From NCBI GenBank assembly GCA_028703105.1, contig JAQVNN010000001.1, forward strand, positions 1,711 through 65,710: a stretch of 64,000 bases of DNA. The letters are read 5' to 3'. A program made the position numbers and the translations under genes. Source of the stretch: Paludibacter sp. (lineage in GTDB: Bacteria > Bacteroidota > Bacteroidia > Bacteroidales > Paludibacteraceae). Below the pieces are notes generated by a model that worked only from the letters and a program-made list of their open reading frames with translations, was not told where the DNA came from and made no database searches. Position 1 is the stretch's first letter; every line of letters begins with the position of its first letter. Below, in pieces: positions 35,102 through 45,563 of this stretch.

Positions 35102-35182
35102 TGTATAATAAATAGTTTTCTATTTAAAATTCAAAGTCTTTAGTGTGCAAAGATATGATTTTTTTTTACTTTTTACATACAA

Positions 35183-36646
35183 TTAATAATGTTTTGTAGT
35201 ATTATATTCTTTTGTGATGTCAATCAGAAAATCTTCTATCCGGCTTAATGTTTGCCAGGGATTGCCGTTGGAATTGTTTATTATGATGGTAAAAACCCAT
35301 TCCCGGCCGTCTTGCAAGATATAACCGGTATAGCTTCTGACCCGTTCAATAGTGCCACTTTTTGCATAAATTTTTCCTGCAAGTGGCGTTTTTTTGAGGA
35401 CTCCGGCAATGGTCCCCGTTTTCCCTGCAATGGCTAGACTACCAAAAAATGCCTCTTTGTGCTTGCTTTCTTTGTACATGTATTCCATGACAGCGGTCAG
35501 AAAAGAGGCAGAAACAGCATTGGCCGGACTTAACCCGGAACCGTCGAGCTGAAAAAGTTGATTTATATCCAACCCTTTAGTTTTCCAGAAGTTGCGAACG
35601 ATTTCAACAGAACGTTTATTTGTAGCAATGGCGTCGCGATTCAGACTGATGGATTTGAACACTTGTTCCGCATAGAAATTATTACTTTTTTCGTTGATTT
35701 CCTTGACAATCTGATTCAGTGGAACTGAATAATGGGTGTATATCGGTGTTCTGACAGACAGATTCACTGGAAAACTAAATGCTGAAGAAGAAAAGGTGAT
35801 AGGGGAGGATGTAATCTCAATGTGCTGTTGTTGGAGCTGCTGGTGGAAATCTCGTGCTAGTGTCAAACCCGGATCCGGGAGTTCTGCCTTTACTACAAAC
35901 CCTGGCCTGTTGGCCGGAATTTCGCCACGAACCGAACGATTCCCGCTTTTCGGATATCCATAAAAATAGGCGCTATCAAAAGTAATTTTGCTGCTTAGCA
36001 GGTTGTTTTCAATATTCAATCCTTCAACAGATGGGGATAAGTCGATGATTTCCGGAGTTGTTCCTGTAGCTCCTGATTTGAAGGTTACACGCAGGGTGTT
36101 GTCGAGGTAGGCTAAAGCGTAGATGCCGGGAGCATAATAGTTTCCAATGTCATCCCATGTCCATTTGGAATTGACGCCTTCGTTGTCGAAACGACTTTCA
36201 TCGGCCACTATCCTGCCGTTGATTTTTGTGATGCCGGCTGCTTTGGTGGCGGCTACCCATTTTGATAAAAAGTTCATGTCTCCCATTTTCGAAGATCCCA
36301 GGGTCGGGTCGCCACAGCCAACAATGTATAGGTTCCCGTTAAGCACACCTGCAGCATCTATTCTACCATCGTAAGCCAATATGGTTTCATAGCGATAATC
36401 CGGGCCGAAAATCTCCAATGCTGTAGCAGTTGTAACTACTTTCATAGTTGAAGCGGGAATGGTGGCATGGTTTGCACGATAGCTGTGTAGTTCCTTTCCG
36501 GTTTTCAGGTCTTTTACCAATAGACTGATGTTGGCGTTTTTTAGCAAAGGATTGTTGATGAAATTATTCACTGGATTCTGAGCATAAAGATGGCTGCTGA
36601 ATATAATTTGAATGAATAATAACGGAAATAGGGTTTTAATTTTCAT
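35183..36646 (-). CDS. dacB: D-Ala-D-Ala carboxypeptidase/endopeptidase (PBP4, S13)
   Basis: PASTMK (SxxK), KSNN (SxN), AKSGT (KTG-like), DGSGLS; start moved to MKIKT at 36646. Confidence 0.93.
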   Translation of the reverse strand: MKIKTLFPLLFIQIIFSSHLYAQNPVNNFINNPLLKNANISLLVKDLKTGKELHSYRANHATIPASTMKVVTTATALEIFGPDYRYETILAYDGRIDAAGVLNGNLYIVGCGDPTLGSSKMGDMNFLSKWVAATKAAGITKINGRIVADESRFDNEGVNSKWTWDDIGNYYAPGIYALAYLDNTLRVTFKSGATGTTPEIIDLSPSVEGLNIENNLLSSKITFDSAYFYGYPKSGNRSVRGEIPANRPGFVVKAELPDPGLTLARDFHQQLQQQHIEITSSPITFSSSAFSFPVNLSVRTPIYTHYSVPLNQIVKEINEKSNNFYAEQVFKSISLNRDAIATNKRSVEIVRNFWKTKGLDINQLFQLDGSGLSPANAVSASFLTAVMEYMYKESKHKEAFFGSLAIAGKTGTIAGVLKKTPLAGKIYAKSGTIERVRSYTGYILQDGREWVFTIIINNSNGNPWQTLSRIEDFLIDITKEYNTTKHY

Positions 36647-36737
36647 TGGTTTTTTTTTTGAGTAGTGCAAAGTTAAAAGAATTTTTGTAAATAATATTAG
36701 CAATGAGAATCGGAAATTCAGTTGTACCCAAAAGCTT

Positions 36738-36856
36738 CCAGAGGCAGCAAAGTTTAGTAACCAGTAAGCTTGCTTACTGGGTTATGATGACCACACCACC
36801 ATACGGAGCTGCCGTAGGTAGTGATACCAGAGTTAGTTAGAGTTAGCTGCCTCTGG
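36738..36856. repeat. 119-bp multi-stem palindromic element (REP/MITE-like or structured RNA)
   Basis: Terminal IR CCAGAGGCAGC/GCTGCCTCTGG; inner hairpins CCAGTAAGC-TT-GCTTACTGG and TACGG-AGCTG-CCGTA. Confidence 0.6.
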
Positions 36857-36872
36857 CAGCCAGACATGTGAC

Positions 36873-36908
36873 AAAAAAAGCTGTCAAAATTTAATTTGAC
36901 AGCTTTTT
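36873..36908 (-). terminator. pnp terminator
   Basis: AAAAAGCTGTCAAA / TTTGACAGCTTTTT perfect stem with flanking A/T runs. Confidence 0.85.
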
Positions 36909-36932
36909 AAAATATATTAGAAACCCTATGTT

Positions 36933-39071
36933 TTATGCATTTGGTTTTTCTTCTTTCGGAGGTCTTGGCAACAAGGCCTTACGTGAAAGTTTGAATTTAC
37001 CTGTTTTAGCATCGATATCGAGCAACTTCACTTCAATCATGTCGTTTTCCTTGATACCCGATGCTTCCATGGTTTCGATGCGTTTCCAGTCAATTTCGGA
37101 GATGTGCAGCAAACCTTCTTTGCCCGGCATGAATTCAACAAAACAACCGTAAGGCATGATGGATTTCACTTTGGCTGAATAGGTTTCGCCTACTTCAGGA
37201 ATGGAAATGATGCCTTTGATTTTAGCAACAGCAGCATCGATAGCAGCTTTGTTATTGGCAGCGATTTCAACGCGACCCTGATCGCCAATTTCTTCAATCG
37301 AAATAACAGCGCCTGTTTCAGCCTGCATGCCCTGGATGATTTTTCCACCAGGACCGATTACGGCACCTATCATCTCTTTCGGGATGAACATGACGATGAT
37401 TCTAGGGGCATGTGGTTTTAAATCTTCACGTGGCTCAGCCAGTGTTTCCTGAATTTTACCTAAGATATGCATACGACCTTCTTTGGCCTGACTCAAGGCT
37501 TTTTCAAGGATTTCAAAAGATAAACCATCAACTTTGATGTCCATCTGTGTCGCGGTGATACCGTCTTTGGTTCCGGTTACTTTGAAGTCCATGTCTCCCA
37601 AGTGGTCTTCATCTCCTAAAATATCAGACAAAACAGCAAAGTTTTTTCCTTTATTTTCAGAAATAAGTCCCATCGCGATGCCAGAAACCGGCTTTTTAAT
37701 GGTTACCCCTGCATCCATCAATGCCAATGTTCCGGCACAAACAGTTGCCATGGATGACGAACCGTTCGATTCGAGGATGTCGGATACTACCCGTACCACA
37801 TAAGGATAGTTTTCAGGGATCATTGGTTTCAACGCACGGAATGCTAAGTTACCATGACCCACTTCGCGACGGCCAACGCCTCTTGAAGGACGGGCTTCTC
37901 CAGTAGAAAAAGGTGGGAAGTTGTAATGCAACAAAAATCTTTCTTTTCCCTGATTCAATGCTTCGTCCACAATTTTCTCGTCTTGTTTGGTTCCCAGGGT
38001 TACGGTCGTAAGCGACTGCGTTTCACCGCGGGTGAAAATAGCTGAACCATGTGCGCCCGGCAGGTAATCCACTTCCGACCAAATCGGACGGATTTCTGTG
38101 GTTTTACGACCATCAAGGCGTTTACCTTCATCTAAAATAGAACGACGCATGGCTTCCTTTTCTACATCATGATAATATCTGTCGATTAAGGCCTTTTTCT
38201 CTTCAGCAACTTCCGGATCCAGTGATTCAATGTATTCGGTCTTTACCGCTTCAAAATTCTCCATTCGCGAATGTTTGTCCACGTTGCAGGCTGTTGCCAG
38301 AGCATAAACCTTGTCGTATGTTTTTTCGCGGAGGTCTTTTCTTAATTCTTCATCGTTTTCCTCGTGGCAGTATGTTCGTTTTTGTGTTTTACCTACTGCT
38401 TCCATGAGTTCAATCTGTGCTTGACAGTGAACTTTAATAGCTTCATGTGCTACTTTCATGGCGTTCAGCAAATCATCTTCACTTACTTCCTTCATCTCAC
38501 CTTCCACCATCATGATGTTGTCGAGAGTAGCGGCAACAATGATATCCATATCAGCATCCTCGAGTTGGGCAAATGTCGGATTCACCACAAATTCACCGTT
38601 GATTCTGGCTACGCGTACTTCTGAAATTGGTCCGTTGAAAGGAACATCCGAAACTGCCAAAGCAGCCGAAGCAGCCAATCCGGCCAATGCATCCGGCATA
38701 TCAACACCATCAGCAGAAACCAGCATTACATTCACGAATGTTTCAGCATGAAAATCGTCCGGGAATAACGGACGCAACGCACGGTCAACCAAACGGGAAA
38801 CCAGGATTTCATAATCTGAAGCACGACCTTCACGACGAAGGAAACCTCCGGGGAAGCGACCAAATGCCGCAAATTTTTCTTTATAATCCACTGAAAGCGG
38901 CATAAAATCCGTTCCGGGAACTGCATCTTTGGCAGCGCATACCGTTGCCAGTAACATGGTGTTACCCATGCGCACCATCACTGAACCGTCGGCTTGTTTG
39001 GCCAGTTTTCCGGTTTCGATGGTAATTTCTCTTCCATCACCCAATGCGATGGTTTTTGTAACTACGTTCAT
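36933..39071 (-). CDS. pnp: Polyribonucleotide nucleotidyltransferase
   Basis: [36 protein letters not shown] and S1 domains; TATCTTTGCA box 39111-39120. Confidence 0.98.
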   Translation of the reverse strand: MNVVTKTIALGDGREITIETGKLAKQADGSVMVRMGNTMLLATVCAAKDAVPGTDFMPLSVDYKEKFAAFGRFPGGFLRREGRASDYEILVSRLVDRALRPLFPDDFHAETFVNVMLVSADGVDMPDALAGLAASAALAVSDVPFNGPISEVRVARINGEFVVNPTFAQLEDADMDIIVAATLDNIMMVEGEMKEVSEDDLLNAMKVAHEAIKVHCQAQIELMEAVGKTQKRTYCHEENDEELRKDLREKTYDKVYALATACNVDKHSRMENFEAVKTEYIESLDPEVAEEKKALIDRYYHDVEKEAMRRSILDEGKRLDGRKTTEIRPIWSEVDYLPGAHGSAIFTRGETQSLTTVTLGTKQDEKIVDEALNQGKERFLLHYNFPPFSTGEARPSRGVGRREVGHGNLAFRALKPMIPENYPYVVRVVSDILESNGSSSMATVCAGTLALMDAGVTIKKPVSGIAMGLISENKGKNFAVLSDILGDEDHLGDMDFKVTGTKDGITATQMDIKVDGLSFEILEKALSQAKEGRMHILGKIQETLAEPREDLKPHAPRIIVMFIPKEMIGAVIGPGGKIIQGMQAETGAVISIEEIGDQGRVEIAANNKAAIDAAVAKIKGIISIPEVGETYSAKVKSIMPYGCFVEFMPGKEGLLHISEIDWKRIETMEASGIKENDMIEVKLLDIDAKTGKFKLSRKALLPRPPKEEKPNA

Positions 39072-39347
39072 ACAAAAATTACATTTTTTTTTTAATATCT
39101 ATTTATCGCGTGCAAAGATACAATTTTATCATGGATTTTTATGCATAATTCTGTAAAAACGTGGAAGTTTGATGAACTTTTTGATGCAGGCAGACGTTTC
39201 AATTTTACTGTAAATGTCTGTTTAACCACATAAATTTCATCTATATCAACATTGAAAATATCAGTTTGTTTAATTAAAACAGATGAATTTACTTTGCATC
39301 AGTAAAAAACAATTAAAATTATTAATTAACTATTAATCGTAAGCATT

Positions 39348-40064
39348 ATGGAGTCAAACGAAAATTATGTGATGCCCCGCATCGGAGAGAAAGCACCTTC
39401 TTTTACTGCAGTAACAACCCAGGGAAATATCAATTTCCCGGATGATTATGCCGGCAAATGGACCATCCTGTTCAGCCATCCTGCTGATTTTACGCCGGTT
39501 TGTACATCAGAATTTATGACTTTCGCATCGATGGACAAAGAATTCCATGACCTGAATTGTCAGTTGGTTGGTTTGTCGGTGGACGGACTTTACAGCCATA
39601 TTGCCTGGTTACGTACCATCAAGGAAAAAATCGAGTATAAAGGCATGAAAAATGTGGAGGTAAACTTCCCGCTGATTGAAGATATCACCATGGAAGTAGC
39701 TAAGAAATACGGGATGATTCAACCGGGAGAAAGTAATACGAAAGCAGTACGCGCTGTATTCTTTATTGACGCGATGGGTATTATCCGCACCATTATATAT
39801 TATCCGTTGTCGTTGGGAAGAAATTTCGACGAACTGAAACGCGTATTGATTGGTTTGCAAACTGCTGATAACTTCGGCGTAGCATTGCCGGCCGACTGGC
39901 GTCCAGGCGACGATGTAATTGTACCTACAGCTGGTTCGTGCGGTGTTGCTAAGAGCAGAATGGAAGGTCAGGAAGAAGGGGTAACCTGCTACGACTGGTT
40001 CTTCTGTACCAAGAAATTAGACAAAGCAAAAGTAGAAGCTGCTTTGGGTAAGAAAAAAGCTTAG
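39348..40064 (+). CDS. Peroxiredoxin (Prx6/TDXH type)
   Basis: HPADFTPVCTSEF peroxidatic Cys, GRNFDE, CYDWFFC tail. Confidence 0.93.
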   Translation: MESNENYVMPRIGEKAPSFTAVTTQGNINFPDDYAGKWTILFSHPADFTPVCTSEFMTFASMDKEFHDLNCQLVGLSVDGLYSHIAWLRTIKEKIEYKGMKNVEVNFPLIEDITMEVAKKYGMIQPGESNTKAVRAVFFIDAMGIIRTIIYYPLSLGRNFDELKRVLIGLQTADNFGVALPADWRPGDDVIVPTAGSCGVAKSRMEGQEEGVTCYDWFFCTKKLDKAKVEAALGKKKA

Positions 40065-40104
40065 TTTTTTTAGGGTTTAGATTAGTTTTTAGGTAAATTG
40101 TGGA

Positions 40105-40139
40105 AGAGAGACGGGAAACTGTCTCTTTTTTTTTTTTTT
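40105..40139 (+). terminator. Peroxiredoxin terminator
   Basis: AGAGACGG-GAAA-CTGTCTCT followed by T14. Confidence 0.85.
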
Positions 40140-40154
40140 GTTAAAAATGGAATA

Positions 40155-40189
40155 TTATGAACATAAGTTCAAAACTATTTGTAACTTTG
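40155..40189 (+). promoter_or_regulatory. Palindromic operator TTATGAACATAAGTTCAAAA plus TAACTTTG -7 box for the NifX/Orp-like operon
   Basis: 16/20 self-complementary (40155-40174), 7 bp upstream of TAACTTTG (40182-40189). Confidence 0.6.
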
Positions 40190-40225
40190 CGCTGTATTTA
40201 TTGAAACATAACTAATATAATCATT

Positions 40226-40537
40226 ATGAAAGTAGCTGTAACATCAATTGATAATCAATTAGAATCGGTTATTGATCCCAGATTTGGCCGTTGTGCATTT
40301 TTTACAATTTATGATGCTGAGAGCCATGCGGTGGAGTTTTTCGCCAATCCGGCAAAAGAAGCTGCAGAGGGTGCTGGTCCTGCTGCGGTTCAGTTTATTG
40401 CAAAGCATCAGGTTAATAAAATTATTTCAGGTGATTTTGGTTCCAAAATAAAATCATTACTACAGGCATTAAACATTGAAATGCAGATTGAAAAAGATCA
40501 GCAAAAAAGGATAATTAACATATTAAAAGAACTTTAA
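40226..40537 (+). CDS. NifB/NifX (MTH1175/orange protein-like) metal-cluster-binding protein
   Basis: IDPRFGRCAFF, GAGPAAVQ motifs. Confidence 0.85.
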   Translation: MKVAVTSIDNQLESVIDPRFGRCAFFTIYDAESHAVEFFANPAKEAAEGAGPAAVQFIAKHQVNKIISGDFGSKIKSLLQALNIEMQIEKDQQKRIINILKEL

Positions 40538-40548
40538 AAATTACAATT

Positions 40549-40833
40549 ATGCCAGGATTAAATCAAAAAGGTCCCATGGGAGAAGGAGCGATGACAGGTC
40601 GTAGGATGGGAAAATGTACCAATTTCGGGACAAAAGTAAAAAAAGAAGAACAGCGTGATGTTGTTCAGGATTCAGAAAATCAGCAAAACTTTACAGCTTT
40701 TGATGAAAGAGCCGGTATGGGTTTTGGTCGTGGACGTAGGGGTATGGGAAGAGGTCTGGGTCGCGGACAAAATGGTAACAGTTTGGGCATGGGACGGAGA
40801 CGTCGCAATCGTTTTGGTAACGGAAACAATTAA
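40549..40833 (+). CDS. DUF5320 family G/R-rich protein
   Basis: MPGLNQKGPMGEGAMTGRRMGKC and GRG repeats. Confidence 0.78.
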   Translation: MPGLNQKGPMGEGAMTGRRMGKCTNFGTKVKKEEQRDVVQDSENQQNFTAFDERAGMGFGRGRRGMGRGLGRGQNGNSLGMGRRRRNRFGNGNN

Positions 40834-40850
40834 TTAATGAATTGATAAAA

Positions 40851-41219
40851 ATGGAGAAATGTATTGCCCTTCCGTTGGAGGGAGGAGTATTGTGTGCTCA
40901 TTTCGGGCATTGCGAAGAATTCGCGATTGTAAAAGTAGTTGACAATAAAATTACAGAAGTAAAAGTGCTAACACCGCCAGAGCACGTACCGGGTTTGTAT
41001 CCGCGTTGGGTAGCATCATTTGGTGTTACAGATGTTATTGCAGGGGGGATGGGTCAAAAAGCTATTAATTTGTTCAACGAACAAAATATCAATGCTTTTG
41101 TCGGCGCTCCGCTTGAAGATGCTGAGACGTTGGTGAATGATTTTATAGCAGGAAAATTAAATTTAAATGCCAATTATTGTGACCACGATGCAAACCACCA
41201 ACACAGCTGCAGTCATTAA
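40851..41219 (+). CDS. NifB/NifX family protein with C-terminal Cys/His tail
   Basis: CAHFGHCEEF, PEHVPG, IAGGMG, CDHDANHQHSCSH. Confidence 0.85.
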   Translation: MEKCIALPLEGGVLCAHFGHCEEFAIVKVVDNKITEVKVLTPPEHVPGLYPRWVASFGVTDVIAGGMGQKAINLFNEQNINAFVGAPLEDAETLVNDFIAGKLNLNANYCDHDANHQHSCSH

Positions 41220-41226
41220 GTTGAAA

Positions 41227-42075
41227 ATGGATGTGGATGGAAGATGCATGGATTGTATGTTCCGGACTTTTGAGCGATTAATGGACAGATTTCAGTTGAA
41301 TGAAGCTGATCGTCAACGCTTTTTTCAGTTTTATAATGTTACTATGGCAAAAGGGATGGGATTAACCATGCCACAAATACATCGCGAATTAAACAGGGAG
41401 TTTTTCAGGATTACGAAGATTGCAGACCCTTATGCAGACGAGAAACTGAAAAGCAACCTGATTGCGTTGAAAATTTACGATGATTTTCGTCCCAAAGTAA
41501 TTAAATCTCAGGATCCTTTTGACATGGCTCTACGATTATCAATTGCCGGTAATATTATGGATTATGGTCCCAATGCTGAATTTGATATTCAACAAACCAT
41601 TGAACATGTTATGCAGTCGCATTTTGCCATCGATCATAGTTCGGAATTGAAAGCGCGTCTTAAAGAAGCAAAGCGGGTTTTGTACCTGGGAGATAATACC
41701 GGTGAGATTGTCTTCGATAAATTATTTATCGAAATGATTATGCATAACAACCTGACTTACGCTGTGCGGGGTGCTACAGTATTAAACGATGCTACCTTTC
41801 AGGATGCCGAACAAATCGGTATGGATCAAGTTGCTGATGTAATTACAAATGGTTATGATGCTGCTTCAACTGTGTTGAAGGAATGCAGTCAGAAATTTGT
41901 TGATCTTTTTCAATCCGCGGATGTGATTATTTCCAAAGGACAGGGAAACCTCGAAGGGCTGATCGATGAAAACGATCCAAGAGTGTTTTATCTGTTGATG
42001 GTTAAATGTGACGTGATTGCCGAATTATTGAAGGTATCTACGGGTAGTTTTGTTGTGTATAATTCGAAGCTATAA
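41227..42075 (+). CDS. DUF89/ARMT1-like damage-control metal-dependent phosphatase
   Basis: CMDC, AGNIMDYG, DNTGEIVFD, SKGQGNLE, KC motif. Confidence 0.88.
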   Translation: MDVDGRCMDCMFRTFERLMDRFQLNEADRQRFFQFYNVTMAKGMGLTMPQIHRELNREFFRITKIADPYADEKLKSNLIALKIYDDFRPKVIKSQDPFDMALRLSIAGNIMDYGPNAEFDIQQTIEHVMQSHFAIDHSSELKARLKEAKRVLYLGDNTGEIVFDKLFIEMIMHNNLTYAVRGATVLNDATFQDAEQIGMDQVADVITNGYDAASTVLKECSQKFVDLFQSADVIISKGQGNLEGLIDENDPRVFYLLMVKCDVIAELLKVSTGSFVVYNSKL

Positions 42076-42101
42076 GTGAATTAATAAAATTCATCAGGAT
42101 C

Positions 42102-42851
42102 ATGGTGTCAGAAAGTTTATTATATACAATTATTGCCTTGTTTGTTGCCAGTGTTGGTAGTGTCGCACTGGCTGGCTTGTTGTTGTTAATCAAAGACAAT
42201 AAATTGCAGGTAATCTCTACTCACCTCACATACTTAGCCGGAGGAACATTACTTGGTGCAGCTTTTCTGGGGATGATTCCCAAAGCAATTACCCTTGCCG
42301 ATGGAGGTCTGATATTATTGCTCATCTTATCAGGAATTATGTTTTTCTTTATTCTTGAAAAGATAATTATCTGGAGAACTTGTCGTAATAAAGATTGTGA
42401 GCGCCAATTACATGCCGCAGCACCTATGATTTTGATTGGTGATGCTTTTCATAACGCGATTGATGGAGTTGTAATTGCTGCTGCTTTTTTGACATCTAAA
42501 GAAATGGGTGTCTTTGTAACTCTATCAGTGATTTTTCACGAAATTCCACAGGAGTTGGGTGATCTCGGAATATTGCTTCGAAGTGGTATGTCGAGATCAA
42601 AAGCCTTGATTTACAACATGCTTTCAGGGAGTACTGCGCTGATTATAGGTGTTTTAGCATACTTTTTTATGGATTTGGTTCGTTCGTTAATCCCTTATGC
42701 TTTGGCTTTTTCTGCTTCCAGTTTCTTGTATATCGCATTAGCTGATTTAATTCCGGAGATGCATAAAAAAACCAGGCTGATGGAAGGAATTGTTCAAATT
42801 GCATTGGTAATTATAGGCATCATGATTATTTATCTGATAAAAAATATTTAA
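42102..42851 (+). CDS. ZIP-family metal transporter
   Basis: GDAFHNAIDG, HEIPQELGD, DLIPE. Confidence 0.9.
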   Translation: MVSESLLYTIIALFVASVGSVALAGLLLLIKDNKLQVISTHLTYLAGGTLLGAAFLGMIPKAITLADGGLILLLILSGIMFFFILEKIIIWRTCRNKDCERQLHAAAPMILIGDAFHNAIDGVVIAAAFLTSKEMGVFVTLSVIFHEIPQELGDLGILLRSGMSRSKALIYNMLSGSTALIIGVLAYFFMDLVRSLIPYALAFSASSFLYIALADLIPEMHKKTRLMEGIVQIALVIIGIMIIYLIKNI

Positions 42852-43732
42852 TGGAAAGAATGGGTTTAAAAATTGCCATTGCAAGCGGGAAAGGGGGTAC
42901 CGGGAAAACCTTTGTTTCAACCAATCTTTTTAATGTATTAATGCAGGAATCTGTGCCGGTTACCCTGGTTGATTGCGATGCCGAGGAACCAAATGACAGA
43001 GAGTTTATTCCCGGAGACAATACGAATAGTTTTGATGTAACTCAGGAGGTCCCGGTGATTGATACTGCTACCTGTACATTTTGTGGAAAATGTGCTGAAT
43101 ATTGTCAATATAATGCTATTTTCTTTTTGCAGGAAGAACGTGTGATTCAGGTTATGGAGGATTTATGCCACGGTTGTGGTGCTTGTTTTGTTGCTTGTGA
43201 ATATCGTGCAATTACACCCAAAGAGTCGGTTTTGGGAACTGTAAACAGCTTTCAGATAACAGAGAATACTACTTTGATAGAAGCCCGCATGAAGGTGGGT
43301 GTTCACAGCCCGGTTCCGGTTGTTAAAGCAGCCATTAAGCAGGCGAAGCCGACCGATCTGGTTTTGATGGATGCGCCTCCCGGCACCTCTTGTCCATTTA
43401 TTCAAACAGTTAATCTGGCTGATTATGTAATTTTGGTAACTGAGCCAACTCCGTTTGGTTTGAGTGATTTAAAACAGTCGGTAGAGACACTGAAAAGCAT
43501 GGGGAAAAGATACGGAGTTATTATAAACAGAGCCGGATTAGGTGATGAGGGAGTATTTAATTACCTCGAACAAGAAAAGATTTCCTTGTTGATGTCAATT
43601 CCATTTGACCGTGAAATTGCTTCGGTTTATTCAACAGGAAAATTGCTGACCAATGAATTTCTCGAATGGAAAGCTAAATTCAGGGAATTGTTTAATATAA
43701 TTACAGCACAGTATGGAAATAGCAGTTATTAG
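42851..43732 (+). CDS. MinD/ParA-type ATPase with inserted 2x[4Fe-4S] ferredoxin (COG1149-like), copy 1
   Basis: GKGGTGKT, DCDAEEPN, CTFCGKCAEYC, CHGCGACFVAC, DAPPGTSCP. Confidence 0.9.
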   Translation: MERMGLKIAIASGKGGTGKTFVSTNLFNVLMQESVPVTLVDCDAEEPNDREFIPGDNTNSFDVTQEVPVIDTATCTFCGKCAEYCQYNAIFFLQEERVIQVMEDLCHGCGACFVACEYRAITPKESVLGTVNSFQITENTTLIEARMKVGVHSPVPVVKAAIKQAKPTDLVLMDAPPGTSCPFIQTVNLADYVILVTEPTPFGLSDLKQSVETLKSMGKRYGVIINRAGLGDEGVFNYLEQEKISLLMSIPFDREIASVYSTGKLLTNEFLEWKAKFRELFNIITAQYGNSSY

Positions 43733-44567
43733 CGGAAAAGGGGGAACAGGTAAAAGTGCTGTCAGTGCTGCATTTGCTACTTTAAATGAAAATGTGGTCC
43801 TCGCTGATTGTGATGTGGATGCTGCGAATCTGTATCTGATTTTCAATCCAGTGATACGGGAGGAAAACGTTTTTGTTTCAGGTCAGAAAGCAATAATAGA
43901 TAAAGATATTTGTACCAACTGTGGCATTTGTATGGATTATTGCCGTTTTGATGCGATTACTGAGAACAATGGTGAAATACTTATTGATGAAACTTCTTGT
44001 GACGGTTGTCAGTTATGCGCCCGTGTTTGTCCCGTTGAAGCCATCAGCATGATAAAAGAAGATAAAAGTCGGTTGTATGCAGGTGATTTCAGAAATGGAA
44101 AAATGGCGTATGGACGTTTGTCACCCGGAGAAGAAAACTCCGGACGACTTGTGGATGTAGTGCGTGATAAAGCGAAAGAATTGGCCATAGCATCAGCCAT
44201 TGATATGATTATCATCGATGGTCCTCCGGGAATTGGTTGTCCGGTGATTTCGTCTGTCACCGGAGTCGATCGGGTCGTGGTGGTTACAGAGCCGACTTTG
44301 TCCGGATTACACGATTTAAAACGAACCTTGGAGGTGACTTCAAATTTTAACATTAAGACACAAGTTTTGGTCAATAAATATGATTTGAATGAAACGATGA
44401 CTGACAATATAGAGGCTTATTGTGGGGAGCAAGGAATTGCTGTCACAGGTAAAATCCCTTTTGATCCACAGGTTGTGGAAGCAATGGTTCATTGTCAAAG
44501 CATTGTGGAGTATGCGCCGGATTCGGAAGTTGCGCATGTGATTTCTAAGGCATTTGAAGTTATTTGA
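43713..44567 (+). CDS. MinD/ParA-type ATPase with inserted 2x[4Fe-4S] ferredoxin (COG1149-like), copy 2
   Basis: GKGGTGKS, DCDVDAAN, CTNCGICMDYC, CDGCQLCARVC, DGPPGIGCP. Confidence 0.9.
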   Translation: MEIAVISGKGGTGKSAVSAAFATLNENVVLADCDVDAANLYLIFNPVIREENVFVSGQKAIIDKDICTNCGICMDYCRFDAITENNGEILIDETSCDGCQLCARVCPVEAISMIKEDKSRLYAGDFRNGKMAYGRLSPGEENSGRLVDVVRDKAKELAIASAIDMIIIDGPPGIGCPVISSVTGVDRVVVVTEPTLSGLHDLKRTLEVTSNFNIKTQVLVNKYDLNETMTDNIEAYCGEQGIAVTGKIPFDPQVVEAMVHCQSIVEYAPDSEVAHVISKAFEVI

Positions 44568-44600
44568 TTGTAAGGTTAACTCGTTTAAAAATTAATTGTT

Positions 44601-45539
44601 ATGATAAGTTTTGGGCCAATACCATCCCGAAGATTAGGTAAAAGTCTGGGGGTTAACAATATTACCTCCCAAAAGGTTTGTACCTATTCTTGTGTTTATT
44701 GTCAGGTTGGATTGACCCATCAGTTCAGCGTGACGAGACAAGCCTTTTATGATCCTTCCGTGATTTATCGGGAAGTAAAAAATCATCTGAGGAAATTAGA
44801 TGAAAAAGACTTCCCGGACTACTTGACATTTGTTTCAAACGGCGAACCCACACTGGATATAAATTTGGGGGAATCTATCGGATTATTGAAAAATCTCGAG
44901 ATACCAGTGGCTGTAATAACCAATGCTTCTTTGCTATCAGATCAACAGGTGAGAGCTGATTTAAAGTTTGCCGACTGGGTTTCGGTGAAGGTCGATAGCG
45001 GAGATGAGCGGATATGGAAGAAAATCAACAGACCGCATCCGGCCATTCAGTTTGAAAAACACATACAGAGTATATTTGATTTTTCAAAAGAGTTCACAGG
45101 TCAGTTGGTTACAGAGACAATGTTGGTGAATGAGTTGAATGATACAGAAGAACTACTGATGCAAACGGCAAAATTAGTTTCATTGATACAGCCAGCAAAG
45201 GCGTATATATCGATACCAACTCGTCCGCCGGCGATTAAAACAGTGATTTCCCCCGATGGTAGCGTTATCAATAAAGCGTATCAGATTTTCAAAGAAGCCA
45301 ATATAGAAACTGATTTAATTCTAGGTTTCGAAGGAACAGATACCGGTTTTACCGGCAATGCTTTTGAGGATATCATCAATATCTGTAGTGTTCATCCAAT
45401 TAGGGAGGATACGATGCAAGAGTTGTTAATGAAAAATAAAGCCGACAACACAACATTATCAACCTTGTTGCATAATAATTTAATTCAACAGGTAGAATAC
45501 CGATCTGAAAAGTTTTACATAAGAAAATTCAGAGCATAA
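44601..45539 (+). CDS. Radical SAM protein (COG0731/TYW1-like)
   Basis: FGPIPSRRLGKSLG, CTYSCVYC (CX3CX2C), SNGEPTL. Confidence 0.9.
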   Translation: MISFGPIPSRRLGKSLGVNNITSQKVCTYSCVYCQVGLTHQFSVTRQAFYDPSVIYREVKNHLRKLDEKDFPDYLTFVSNGEPTLDINLGESIGLLKNLEIPVAVITNASLLSDQQVRADLKFADWVSVKVDSGDERIWKKINRPHPAIQFEKHIQSIFDFSKEFTGQLVTETMLVNELNDTEELLMQTAKLVSLIQPAKAYISIPTRPPAIKTVISPDGSVINKAYQIFKEANIETDLILGFEGTDTGFTGNAFEDIINICSVHPIREDTMQELLMKNKADNTTLSTLLHNNLIQQVEYRSEKFYIRKFRA

Positions 45540-45563
45540 ATTTAAAATTATATTGTAAGTAAA

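Noticed and set aside
36738-36856. SRP, 6S or tRNA identity for the 119-bp structured element
   Set aside because: No SRP helix-8 motif, no tRNA T-loop/CCA pattern and no adjacent promoter box found
36649-40139. Homopolymer runs (T11 at about 36649, T14 at 40126) as phase-variation sites
   Set aside because: Both are non-coding; one is a terminator tail and the other an A-rich translation leader
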